Source: Planctomycetota bacterium
GTDB taxonomy: Bacteria > Planctomycetota > GCA-002687715 > DRQF01
Assembly: GCA_036479435.1 (NCBI GenBank)
Contig: JAZGFI010000263.1
Span: forward strand, 1-47,184
DNA length: 47,184 nt
Reading direction: 5' to 3'
The notes beneath the pieces were generated by a model. The model had not been told where the DNA came from. It saw only the letters and a list, made by a program, of their open reading frames with translations, and ran no database searches. This document shows, one piece after another, positions 36,851-45,464 of this stretch (positions within the stretch are counted from its first letter, which is position 1; each line of letters begins with the position of its first letter). The position numbers and the translations under genes were made by a program.

Positions 36851-37140
36851 TGCGTGAGCTCGTCATCAGCGAACGCGCGGAGGCCGACCTGCACGAGATC
36901 TGGCGCTACAGCTTCGACAATTAGGGCGAGGCGCAGGCTGACCGCTAGGTCGACGAGCTTGATGCTGGAATGCGGAAGTGCGGCGCCGAGCCAGAAGGCG
37001 GCAAGCAGCAAGAAGCCGTGAGATCTGGCTACTGGTCGAGCCTAGTTCGCAAGCACGTCGCCTTTTACAGTTTCAGTGACGACGAAGTGCTGATCCAACG
37101 CGTGCTGCACGGCAGCATGGACCCCACCCGGCACGTTTGA
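36850..37140 (+). pseudogene. parE: ParE/RelE family toxin with two in-frame TAG stops
   Basis: MRELVISERAEADLHEIWRYSFDN*GEAQADR*VDEL...KHVAFY..VLIQRVLHGSMD; TAG at 36922-24 and 36946-48; ATG overlaps parD stop. Confidence 0.9.
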
Positions 37141-37235
37141 ATCCCGGGCCCCGACGACGACTGAGCATTAAGGGGGCCGCGGTTGGGAGTCCGGCAAACT
37201 TGACAAGCGGGTGTGCTCTGTGGCGTCGGTGATGG

Positions 37236-37382
37236 ATGAGTACAGAACTCACCACCGGATCCGGCGCGCGCCTTGATCCCGACAACCTGTTGCCAGCCGA
37301 GCTGCGCGAGCGCATCCCGCCGCTATAGGCCACCGAAGAGACTCCCGACCCGATCGTCCAAGCCACCTTGGACAACCCGTGA
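37236..37382 (+). pseudogene. DUF2958-like protein N-terminal fragment
   Basis: LLPAELRERIPPL*ATEETPDPIVQA..NP; TAG at 37326-28 where the family usually has Tyr; truncated at the start of duplication copy 2. Confidence 0.6.
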
Positions 37383-37391
37383 CCGCCGGTT

Positions 37392-39245
37392 GGGCGATCG
37401 TGGTTTTACGAGGACTTTTCAGGAGAGTTTTCTCTATACTACTCTGCGCTCCCCACTCACTCGCGTAGAGAAATCGAAGGTCCATAGCCATGCGTCAAAG
37501 TCTCATTCTCGTTTTCCACACCCTGGCCTCGCTCGCGATGGTGGCGGCATTTTTCACAACGACCGCCTTAGGCCAACTTCCGATCCGTTTCACGGTGGAC
37601 GGCGACTCTGCTGGCGACCGACTCGGACAATCCGTCAGTGGCGCGGGTGATGTCAATGGCGACGGCTTCGACGATATCATTGTCGGCGCAGCGTTCGACG
37701 ACAACAACGGTTTCAGCTCAGGCAGCGCTCGCGTCTACTCGGGTTTCGACGGCGCGATCTTGTACACCTTTGACGGCGACTCTTCTGACGACCGGCTCGG
37801 CTATTCCGTCAGTGGCGCGGGTGATGTGAATGGCGACGGATTTGCCGATCTTATTGCCGGCGCGCCTGCCGACGACAACAACGGATCAGCCTCAGGCAGC
37901 GCTCGCGTCTACTCTGGTTTCGACGGCGCGATCTTATACACCTTCAATGGCGACTCTGCTTTCGATCAACTCGGCTTTTCCGTCAGTGGCGCGGGCGATG
38001 TGAATGGCGACGGATTCGGCGATATCATCGCCGGCGCGTGGAGCGACGACAACAACGGATCAGACTCAGGCAGCGCTCGCGTCTACTCGGGTTTCGACGG
38101 CGCGATCTTGTACACCTTCAATGGCGACTCTGTTAGCGACATACTCGGCTTTTCCGTCAGTGGCGCGGGTGATGTGAATGGCGACAGCTTCGACGATATC
38201 ATCGCCGGCGCGCAAGGCGACGACAACAACGGATTCGACTCAGGTAGCGCTCGCGTCTACTCGGGTTTCGACGGCGCGATCTTATGCACCTTCAATGGCG
38301 ACGCTGCTGGCGATCAACTCGGCTCCTCTGTCAGTGGCGCGGGTGATGTGAATGGCGACGGCTTCGGCGATATCATCGCTGGCGCGCGTAGCGACGATAA
38401 CAACGGATCGAACTCAGGCAGCGTTCGCGTCTACTCTGGTTTCGACGGCGCGATCTTGTTCACCTTCAATGGCGACTCTGCTGACGACCAACTCGGCCTT
38501 TCCGCCAGTGGCGCGGGCGATGTCAATGGCGACGGCTTCGACGATATCATCACTGGCGCGCGTGGCGACGATAACAACGGATTGAGCTCAGGGAGCGCTC
38601 GCGTCTACTCGGGTTTCGACGGCGCGATCTTGTTCACCTTCAATGGCGACTCATTTGGCGACATACTCGGAGACTCCGTCAGTGGCGCGGGTGATGTGAA
38701 TGGCGACGGATTTGCCGATGTCATCGCCGGCGCGTGGAGGGACGACAATAACGGATTGGACTCAGGCAGTGCTCGTGTTTTTTCTGTCTGCGGTCAGCAG
38801 CCCTACGGGTTGGGGATCGATCCGGCGCAAACGCTGACCTTTGAATGGCGATCCTTTTCTGGCGGGACGGATGCCGCGAATGGAGAGCTCCTCGTCGGTG
38901 GTTCAGCGCCATTCAATACGGGAATTTTTGCCCTCAGCACGCAGCCCACGATGACTTCCATGCTCGGCTTCACGCTTTTGGTCGATATTACGCCCAGCAA
39001 TTCCTTCACTGAGAACTTTGTCTACGACGCCACTGGTCAGCTGATTGCTCCGCTCAGCCTGCGGCAACCCGTTATCGCTGGCCTCACCTTTTTTCTGCAG
39101 GTGGTCGAAGCGAACCCCGCGGCTCCCATGGGCGTCTTCTCGTCAAATGGTGTCGAGCTACTCTTTTGCAACTAAGGTCGCGATGTCAATAGACGCATGA
39201 CCCCATGGCGAGGGGCACTCAGAAAATGATGCGCTCGACCTCGTC
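37392..39245. repeat. segmental duplication copy 2
   Basis: See copy 1; homology ends after ..CGACCTCGTC at 39245. Confidence 0.9.
37490..39175 (+). CDS. secreted FG-GAP / integrin-alpha-like repeat protein (7 repeats)
   Basis: Paralog of 34960-36126 with seven 58-aa repeats. Confidence 0.93.
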   Translation: MRQSLILVFHTLASLAMVAAFFTTTALGQLPIRFTVDGDSAGDRLGQSVSGAGDVNGDGFDDIIVGAAFDDNNGFSSGSARVYSGFDGAILYTFDGDSSDDRLGYSVSGAGDVNGDGFADLIAGAPADDNNGSASGSARVYSGFDGAILYTFNGDSAFDQLGFSVSGAGDVNGDGFGDIIAGAWSDDNNGSDSGSARVYSGFDGAILYTFNGDSVSDILGFSVSGAGDVNGDSFDDIIAGAQGDDNNGFDSGSARVYSGFDGAILCTFNGDAAGDQLGSSVSGAGDVNGDGFGDIIAGARSDDNNGSNSGSVRVYSGFDGAILFTFNGDSADDQLGLSASGAGDVNGDGFDDIITGARGDDNNGLSSGSARVYSGFDGAILFTFNGDSFGDILGDSVSGAGDVNGDGFADVIAGAWRDDNNGLDSGSARVFSVCGQQPYGLGIDPAQTLTFEWRSFSGGTDAANGELLVGGSAPFNTGIFALSTQPTMTSMLGFTLLVDITPSNSFTENFVYDATGQLIAPLSLRQPVIAGLTFFLQVVEANPAAPMGVFSSNGVELLFCN

Positions 39246-39273
39246 TTTCCTAGCGCAGTGAAGCGGTCTAGGG

Positions 39274-40371
39274 CTAGACGACGTCGAAATCGCCGAGGGT
39301 GTAGTACCAGTAGCGATTGAGTTGGTCTTCGGTGACGAACTTGGGGTCGTAGCTGTGCGTGACCATGCGGAAGTGCTCTTTGGTGTTTTCGAGGTCGTAG
39401 CCTTTGTCCTCGAAGATCCGCGATTCGGGAACCATGTGGTTGAGAAGGATGCGGGTCTTTTCGTGACCCGTTTGCTTGGTGACGTGCTCGCAGGCGAGGA
39501 TCAAGGCGGCGTCTGCCCCGGCCACATCGCTGTCCACCATCCAATCCGCGATGATCAAGTCGGGATCGCCTAGCCAACGATCGCGCGTCACCGCGACCCC
39601 GCAAAGCTCACCCGCGGGCGTCCGCATTTCGATTTGACGGTAGTCCCAGTTGGGATTCGTGCCGTAGCGCCAGTTCATGTAGGTCTGGTCGCGGTGGGCG
39701 ATCACGCCGTGGCGCTTTTTGACTTTCTCCCACAGGGCATCGTGCTCGTCGCCGAAGCGCTCGAAAAACGTCGGGCGAAACTCGTTGCGCACCGCGATGA
39801 GGCGCTCGGGCAAGGGCGACAGTGAGGTGTCGGGTTCGACGCGCTTGCTATGCGTATAGACCTTCGTCATCGGAACGTAGTAGCAGGTCTGCACGCCGAT
39901 GCGGTAGGCGATCGGGTTGGGCAAGCCAAACTGCACGATCTCGCGGTCGTGATGGCCGAGGCTGAAGGCGTGCGCAAGCAAAGTCAGCGCGAACAGTCCG
40001 CGCTTTTTGAGTCCCTCGCGGCACTTCGGCAGCACCATGGAATCGACAACCTGACCAAAAACCAGATCTTCATCACCGACCTTCACATTGACCGGCAGGG
40101 CGCAAAACTGGCTGACCACCGTGCCGTCAGCAAGCTTGCCGAGCCAGGCGTGAATACCGTGCGGGTTGTCGCGATACTCCCAGTTCCAGCTCTCAATGCT
40201 GCGCTCGACTTTGAAGACTTCACGAAAGCACTCAAGGAGGCTGACTTCGTCGCCCGGCGCATAAGGGGCAATCTTCACCGGTCCTAGGCTACTCTCGTAA
40301 TCAAGAACCGGCTCGGTCGTCTGCACGACATAGTCAATAGCTTGGCGGTCGAAGCCGCGAATTCCGGACAT
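39274..40371 (-). CDS. GNAT family N-acyltransferase (tandem GNAT-like)
   Basis: WNWEYRDNP, QVVDSMVLPKCR, FGLPN, RDQTYMNWRY..NP..DY, LGDFD. Confidence 0.75.
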   Translation of the reverse strand: MSGIRGFDRQAIDYVVQTTEPVLDYESSLGPVKIAPYAPGDEVSLLECFREVFKVERSIESWNWEYRDNPHGIHAWLGKLADGTVVSQFCALPVNVKVGDEDLVFGQVVDSMVLPKCREGLKKRGLFALTLLAHAFSLGHHDREIVQFGLPNPIAYRIGVQTCYYVPMTKVYTHSKRVEPDTSLSPLPERLIAVRNEFRPTFFERFGDEHDALWEKVKKRHGVIAHRDQTYMNWRYGTNPNWDYRQIEMRTPAGELCGVAVTRDRWLGDPDLIIADWMVDSDVAGADAALILACEHVTKQTGHEKTRILLNHMVPESRIFEDKGYDLENTKEHFRMVTHSYDPKFVTEDQLNRYWYYTLGDFDVV

Positions 40372-40424
40372 GCTTTGAGTCTCTAAGGAAAGGTCTTCAA
40401 CTCTTCATCGAATGCGGTGGTGTC

Positions 40425-43127
40425 TTAGCCGTTCTCTGCATGTTCATGCCCGTGGTCGCCTTCAGCGCCAGATTCAGCGTCTTCGCCTCGGCCACCGCCA
40501 GCGGCGACTTTGGCGAAGTAAATCGCATTCATGTAGAGCCGCGTGCCGCCGCGCCACCAGGCGCGAAAGTTGAGGTTGTCGATGATGCGCACCACCGCAC
40601 CGCGACCCAAGCGGCGGTGATTCACGGCCGCGGTGCCGGCGATCGCCTTGGCCTTGTTGTCCGAAGCAAATCCCGCCAACAAGGGATCGGCGGTGTAGCG
40701 CACCACATCGCGAACGGCGTTGCTGTCGACCGCCATCACGGCCGTCGAGTTCTTGAACAACGCCAGCTCACCGTCTTCGTAGCCGTAACCCAAGGGGTGA
40801 GTGAAGTCGATGCTCGCTTGGAAAATGGCGCCGCTGATGCGGCGGCGCGCGGCGGTCTTCCCTCGATCCGCGTAGATGGCCATCGCTTTCTTTTTAGCAT
40901 CAGGCTTTTTGGCGTCGGCCGTTCGAGACGACTTCTTGGCCTTCGAAGCCGATCCGGCCTTCGCCGGTTTCAACCCCAAGATCGAGCGGCCCGCCCAGGT
41001 CGCGGCGCTTCTAGAAGTAATGATAATTCCGCCGTCGCGAACCCAAGCTTTCACCCGTGTCACCGTGGCGTCCTTCAAATCTGAGTAACTACCCCCCACC
41101 ATCAACAGGTGCGTGTAGCGTCCCAGCGGCGCGCGCGCGAGGTCGCGCTTTTGCAACAAGCTGACGCCCAAATCCATTTGCTGATCCAACAGGTGCCACA
41201 CCTCGCCCGCCTCGTAGGCGGACACGCCCCGCCCCACAATGAGGGCCAGCTTCGGTTCTTCCAAAGCCACCAGACTCGACGAGCCGAGGTCAACTCCCTT
41301 TTCGGTGAGGCCCCCCAAGATCGCGTGCGGCGGCAATCGCCTTGAGGCCGCGGCAATGATCGCACGCACTTCCTCGGGTTTTTTGTCTTGGATGCCCAGC
41401 GGCACGATGATGGCGCCGTAGCCAAAGTCTTTCGGGCCCTCTGGGGTCGCAGCGGTGAAGGACTTCGTGTTGACCCGAACACGCAAACCCTGCTTCAGCA
41501 ATCCTGCCAGCAAGGGCATGACTTCGTCTTTTCGCCAGTCATAGGCAAAGGCGACTGCCTTGGCGTTGAGCTTGGCTTCGGGGCCGAGCGACATTTGCCC
41601 GATCATCGCGAGGTTGGTGGTCACCGCTTGTTGGCTGCAAAGCCCCGCAACGTCAACCTCGGCTCCGACCTCGGCAAAGGGCAAGTCAAAGGCCAAAGGT
41701 AATGTCCAGGCGGAGACGTCGTAGAAGGTTTCGTCCTCAAACTCGGTGCGACGTTCAAAGAGCGCTTTCGCCAGACGATACTGCGGTTGTGCCGCCGGAA
41801 CGATAAAGGTCTCGTTCGCTTTGAAAGCTAGCCCGCCCTGCTCGAAATCCTTGGCGAGTCCGTACACCAAGATGTCGTGACGAGCCAAAACCTCCAGGGC
41901 TTCGAAGTTGCGTTTTGGGTTGGCAACGTCGCCGAACACCCAAGCCTTCACCGGATCTGCGGCGGCCACAAAGCTGGCGCGCCGGTAAAACTCAGCCTGC
42001 CAGTCCAAAAGCTCGCCGCGCATCTGCACCGCAGCCTCCAAAGTCGAAAGGCTCACCGTCACTTGGTTTTTGATCGTGAAGGGGAAGCTCAAATCCCCAT
42101 TAACGCTCTCTTGCAGGTGTCCACGTGAACTCGCCTGCTCAAAGAGGATGCCAATGCCCCCGTGAACATCCGGGTAAGTCGAACCCTTGCCGTAGTAAAA
42201 GTCGTCAAACTGTTCCTCGGTGAAGTAGAGGCTGCCGATCTGGTCGAGACGCTTAGCGTGAAACTTGGCGATCTTGGCGGTGAGTTCGAAGTTTTTGGCC
42301 GGGGTCAGGGGATTGCCGCGCGCGCGCACGCCCGCTTGGAAAAAGAACGACGAGTTCGTGCCCATCTCGTGATGGTCGGTGAGGATGTTGGGCATCCAGC
42401 GGTGAAACTGCTCGACGCGAGCTTTGGACTCGGGATGGCGCAACAACAGCCAATCGCGGTTGAGATCAAACCAGTAGTGATTGGTACGGCCACTCGGCCA
42501 AGCCTCGCGGTGATCGCGGTTCATCGGGTCGCCAACGAGCTGTTTGCCGCGGTGCATGTTGGCCCAGTTCGCAAAACGCGACAGGCCATCTGGGTTGAGA
42601 CAGGGGTCGAGAAGAACGACGCTCTCTTTCAACAGGCGGTCTGCGACTTCACCTTTGGCTGCGGCCAAGATGTAGGCCACGATGATCGCGGCATTCGTGG
42701 CACTAGACTCGTTGCCGTGTACCCCGTAGCCGAGCCAAGTGATGACGGGCATCTGGCTTTTGTCTTTGATCGCTGCGGGCTCGTGCATCAGCCGCAGGTG
42801 CTCTTCGCGAATCTTCTCGAGGTTTCTATGATTCTCAGGCGATGAAAAGGCGAGCAAGCAAAGTTCCCTTTGCTCGTGACTGAAGCCCGTCGCCAGATAA
42901 GTCACGCGATCCGACTTTTCGGCCAAGACCTTCATGTAGGAGATAACTTGGTCGTGCCGCACATGCCAAGTGCCTGGCTCCCATCCCAAAACTTCCGCGG
43001 GCTTGGGGATCGCGGGATCAAACTCGGTGTCGGCTGGTAAGTAGTACGACAGACTCAAAGGGCTTTGCGCGCCGAGAGTCGCGGCGGTCATCAGTCCCAA
43101 AAACAGCAGGCAAGCAAGACGCGGCAT
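40425..43127 (-). CDS. M14 family zinc carboxypeptidase
   Basis: Signal peptide; VHGNE, NPDG, DLNRDW, DHHEMG, GILFEQAS. Confidence 0.92.
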   Translation of the reverse strand: MPRLACLLFLGLMTAATLGAQSPLSLSYYLPADTEFDPAIPKPAEVLGWEPGTWHVRHDQVISYMKVLAEKSDRVTYLATGFSHEQRELCLLAFSSPENHRNLEKIREEHLRLMHEPAAIKDKSQMPVITWLGYGVHGNESSATNAAIIVAYILAAAKGEVADRLLKESVVLLDPCLNPDGLSRFANWANMHRGKQLVGDPMNRDHREAWPSGRTNHYWFDLNRDWLLLRHPESKARVEQFHRWMPNILTDHHEMGTNSSFFFQAGVRARGNPLTPAKNFELTAKIAKFHAKRLDQIGSLYFTEEQFDDFYYGKGSTYPDVHGGIGILFEQASSRGHLQESVNGDLSFPFTIKNQVTVSLSTLEAAVQMRGELLDWQAEFYRRASFVAAADPVKAWVFGDVANPKRNFEALEVLARHDILVYGLAKDFEQGGLAFKANETFIVPAAQPQYRLAKALFERRTEFEDETFYDVSAWTLPLAFDLPFAEVGAEVDVAGLCSQQAVTTNLAMIGQMSLGPEAKLNAKAVAFAYDWRKDEVMPLLAGLLKQGLRVRVNTKSFTAATPEGPKDFGYGAIIVPLGIQDKKPEEVRAIIAAASRRLPPHAILGGLTEKGVDLGSSSLVALEEPKLALIVGRGVSAYEAGEVWHLLDQQMDLGVSLLQKRDLARAPLGRYTHLLMVGGSYSDLKDATVTRVKAWVRDGGIIITSRSAATWAGRSILGLKPAKAGSASKAKKSSRTADAKKPDAKKKAMAIYADRGKTAARRRISGAIFQASIDFTHPLGYGYEDGELALFKNSTAVMAVDSNAVRDVVRYTADPLLAGFASDNKAKAIAGTAAVNHRRLGRGAVVRIIDNLNFRAWWRGGTRLYMNAIYFAKVAAGGGRGEDAESGAEGDHGHEHAENG

Positions 43128-43209
43128 CGCGGTGGTTTCCCTTTGCGGATTAAACCTTCAGCCCAAAATGGCTGCCGCTGAGCTTACCCGGAGTGGCGCG
43201 GTCCTGCGA

Positions 43210-43536
43210 TCAGTCCCAAAAGTGCTCGCGAGGATCGCTTTCGATGTCCTTGCCGCTTTCCTTTTGCTTTTTGATCTTCTCCTTGGCTTCGCCGAAGAGA
43301 TCCTCCAGGCGGTCCTGATTGCGTTCGTAGTCTTTCTGGGCCTTACCGAAGGCATCCCCGGAACCCGCTTCGCGATCCTTCACCTTTTTCAGAACGTCAT
43401 CGAAGATCTCGGCTTTGTCCTTTTTCGGGTTGTCGGAATCGAGGAATGGCTTGTGGGAGAGGACTCTTTGGCGGGAAACGTCGATTTCGAGGGTGCCGCG
43501 GCATTCCGGGCATTTGACGGTGATGACTGAGTTCAT
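43210..43536 (-). CDS. small hypothetical protein with N-terminal CxxC and charged helical tail
   Basis: 108 aa, ITVKCPECRGTLEID; co-oriented with M14 gene. Confidence 0.7.
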   Translation of the reverse strand: MNSVITVKCPECRGTLEIDVSRQRVLSHKPFLDSDNPKKDKAEIFDDVLKKVKDREAGSGDAFGKAQKDYERNQDRLEDLFGEAKEKIKKQKESGKDIESDPREHFWD

Positions 43537-43675
43537 GGGCTCAGTTTAGCAGCCCCTTCGCCAAAACCTGCAGGCTGAAGCCCTGGGTTTTTTCCCAATT
43601 TCCTCAACTTGAGGCGCGAATAACTCCGATTCAGGGGACGGAAGAACATTTCGGCCACCGTACAGGAAGATCAGG

Positions 43676-44674
43676 ATGCTCCGAATCTCAACCCAACCCA
43701 GCACCGAGAACAACTCGGCCAGCGGCACTAGCCCCGAGAGTCATCCCGCCATCGATGAGAGCGCCAACCACGGCCCTCGCGAGTGGGTCGATCCGATTGC
43801 GGGTCTCAACCATGGCGCGCAGCTCGTGCCCTGGGTGACGAACGAACTCCGGTTCCACAGCGTCATTGACCTGGCCTGCGGCGACGGCGAGGGTGTTCGC
43901 GAACTCATCAGTAAAGGCTACGAGGCCCACGGGATCGACATCGCGCCGACGCCAAGCGCCGGTGCTGAGATCATCAAGGGTGATGCCTTCCAGGTTGCCC
44001 GTGAAGACGGCTACTACGACCTCGTGATGTGCGCGAACTTTGCCCAGCAGGTCGAAGACCACCGCATGTCGCAGCTCTTGGCCGAGATGCACCGCCTTTC
44101 GAACTCTTACATTCTGATCAGCACGCCGGATGATCCGGCCCTCAATCGCTCAAGCGCTTGGTGGTGCCAACGCATCGCCGACTTCAACTGGCAGATTCGT
44201 CTGCTGCGTCAAGACCCTGATACTCATCAGATCGTCATCTTGGCCGAGAAGGAAAACAGCCTCGCCTCCCAGATCCTGCCGCTCATCGATGCGGGCATGA
44301 ACACTGAAGAGATCGTCGCGGCAGCGGAACAGGGCTCGGCTCCCACCAGCCCCTCGATTCCTCCGAGCAAGCAAGATGTTCGAACGGCCGAAGTTGCGCC
44401 AGTGGCTGCCTCTGCGCCCATGGCCGTTTCAACGGCAAGCGCGGCTCCTGCGCTGCGTCTGCTGGACGAAGCTCTGGAGAGATTCCAGGCCAATGAAAAC
44501 GACAGCGGATTTTTGAAAATCTCGGACATGGCTCACGCCATCGGCCCGATCGGTAACAGCATCGACGGCTTGCATGACATTCTAGGCCGGCTCATCGACG
44601 CGATGGAACGACGCGACACGACGGCGGTGGTTCAGATCCTTCGCTTGGAACTTCGCCCCACACTCGATCGCTAA
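43676..44674 (+). CDS. class I SAM-dependent methyltransferase with extra C-terminal helical domain
   Basis: SVIDLACGDG, HGIDI, KGDA, YDLVMC, LAEMHRLS, ISTP. Confidence 0.82.
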   Translation: MLRISTQPSTENNSASGTSPESHPAIDESANHGPREWVDPIAGLNHGAQLVPWVTNELRFHSVIDLACGDGEGVRELISKGYEAHGIDIAPTPSAGAEIIKGDAFQVAREDGYYDLVMCANFAQQVEDHRMSQLLAEMHRLSNSYILISTPDDPALNRSSAWWCQRIADFNWQIRLLRQDPDTHQIVILAEKENSLASQILPLIDAGMNTEEIVAAAEQGSAPTSPSIPPSKQDVRTAEVAPVAASAPMAVSTASAAPALRLLDEALERFQANENDSGFLKISDMAHAIGPIGNSIDGLHDILGRLIDAMERRDTTAVVQILRLELRPTLDR

Positions 44675-44717
44675 AGTTCGCGAACGATCTCTAACGATCA
44701 CTAAGAATCAAAGCTAG

Positions 44718-44758
44718 CGAAGACCTGGGCCCGGCATACCGCCGAACCCAGGTCTTCG
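44718..44758. terminator. hairpin between convergent genes
   Basis: CGAAGACCTGGG...CCCAGGTCTTCG 12-bp stem. Confidence 0.7.
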
Positions 44759-44796
44759 TTGATTACTGACGCTTTGTCGCAGTGCCCCTCGCGGAG

Positions 44797-45351
44797 CTAC
44801 TCTTCCCGGCCGCCGCTTTGGTGCCGCAGTTTGGGTCGCGGCTCAAGAGTCTTTTTGGCATCGGCGAGTTTTTCTTCCTCGGCTTCGCGCGCCTCAATCT
44901 TGGCCAGCCACTCCACGAACTCGTCGTAGAGTCCTCGATTCGCCAAGAACGTGTCGTAGTGCCCGGCGCGAGCCACGTTCCGGTCGTTGAGGTCTAAAGC
45001 GTGTTCGAGCCAAAAGCAGTCTCGGGCCCGATCTACCACCTTGGTTCGCATGGCATCCAACACGAGCTCGTCGCGCATTTCTTTGTCAAGCTCGAGGACT
45101 CCCGCCAGTTTCATCAAGACTTCACCCGAGGGAACCAGCCCATCGTTGAGAATCTGCGACAGATGATTGCGGGATTTGCCAATCCTGGAACTCAGCTCAC
45201 GGCCCGAAATGCGGCGCCCCTGCCGCAATTCGAAGTCGGAGATGAGGCGACTTACTTTTGTTTGTAGTGGTGTCACGTAAATCTCCGATGAACCGAACGT
45301 CTCCAGTTGAATAATAGAAGCAGCTAGGCCTTCGTGCCCGAGAAAACTCAT
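44797..45351 (-). CDS. XRE-like helix-turn-helix protein
   Basis: ISGRELSSRIGKSRNHLSQILNDGLVPSGEVLMKLAGVLEL; start uncertain. Confidence 0.72.
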   Translation of the reverse strand: MSFLGHEGLAASIIQLETFGSSEIYVTPLQTKVSRLISDFELRQGRRISGRELSSRIGKSRNHLSQILNDGLVPSGEVLMKLAGVLELDKEMRDELVLDAMRTKVVDRARDCFWLEHALDLNDRNVARAGHYDTFLANRGLYDEFVEWLAKIEAREAEEEKLADAKKTLEPRPKLRHQSGGREE

Positions 45352-45464
45352 TTCTTATGCTTGGGCGTTTACGCAGAGGCCCAGACATGGAAGGATTTCC
45401 CTCGCTCGTGGGGTGATCCGGAATACCCGGCCACTTTGCGCCGTCTCATCGAAGGAGAACTGCC

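Noticed and set aside
36922..37328. Amber recoding or pyrrolysine at three in-frame TAG codons
   Set aside because: They replace different residues (Trp, Tyr) by single-base changes, lie in a decaying element, and TAG is a normal stop elsewhere in the window
35060..38790. FG-GAP repeats as CRISPR array or diversity-generating retroelement
   Set aside because: Repeats are in-frame coding units without spacers; no cas or reverse transcriptase gene here; variation is not restricted to adenines
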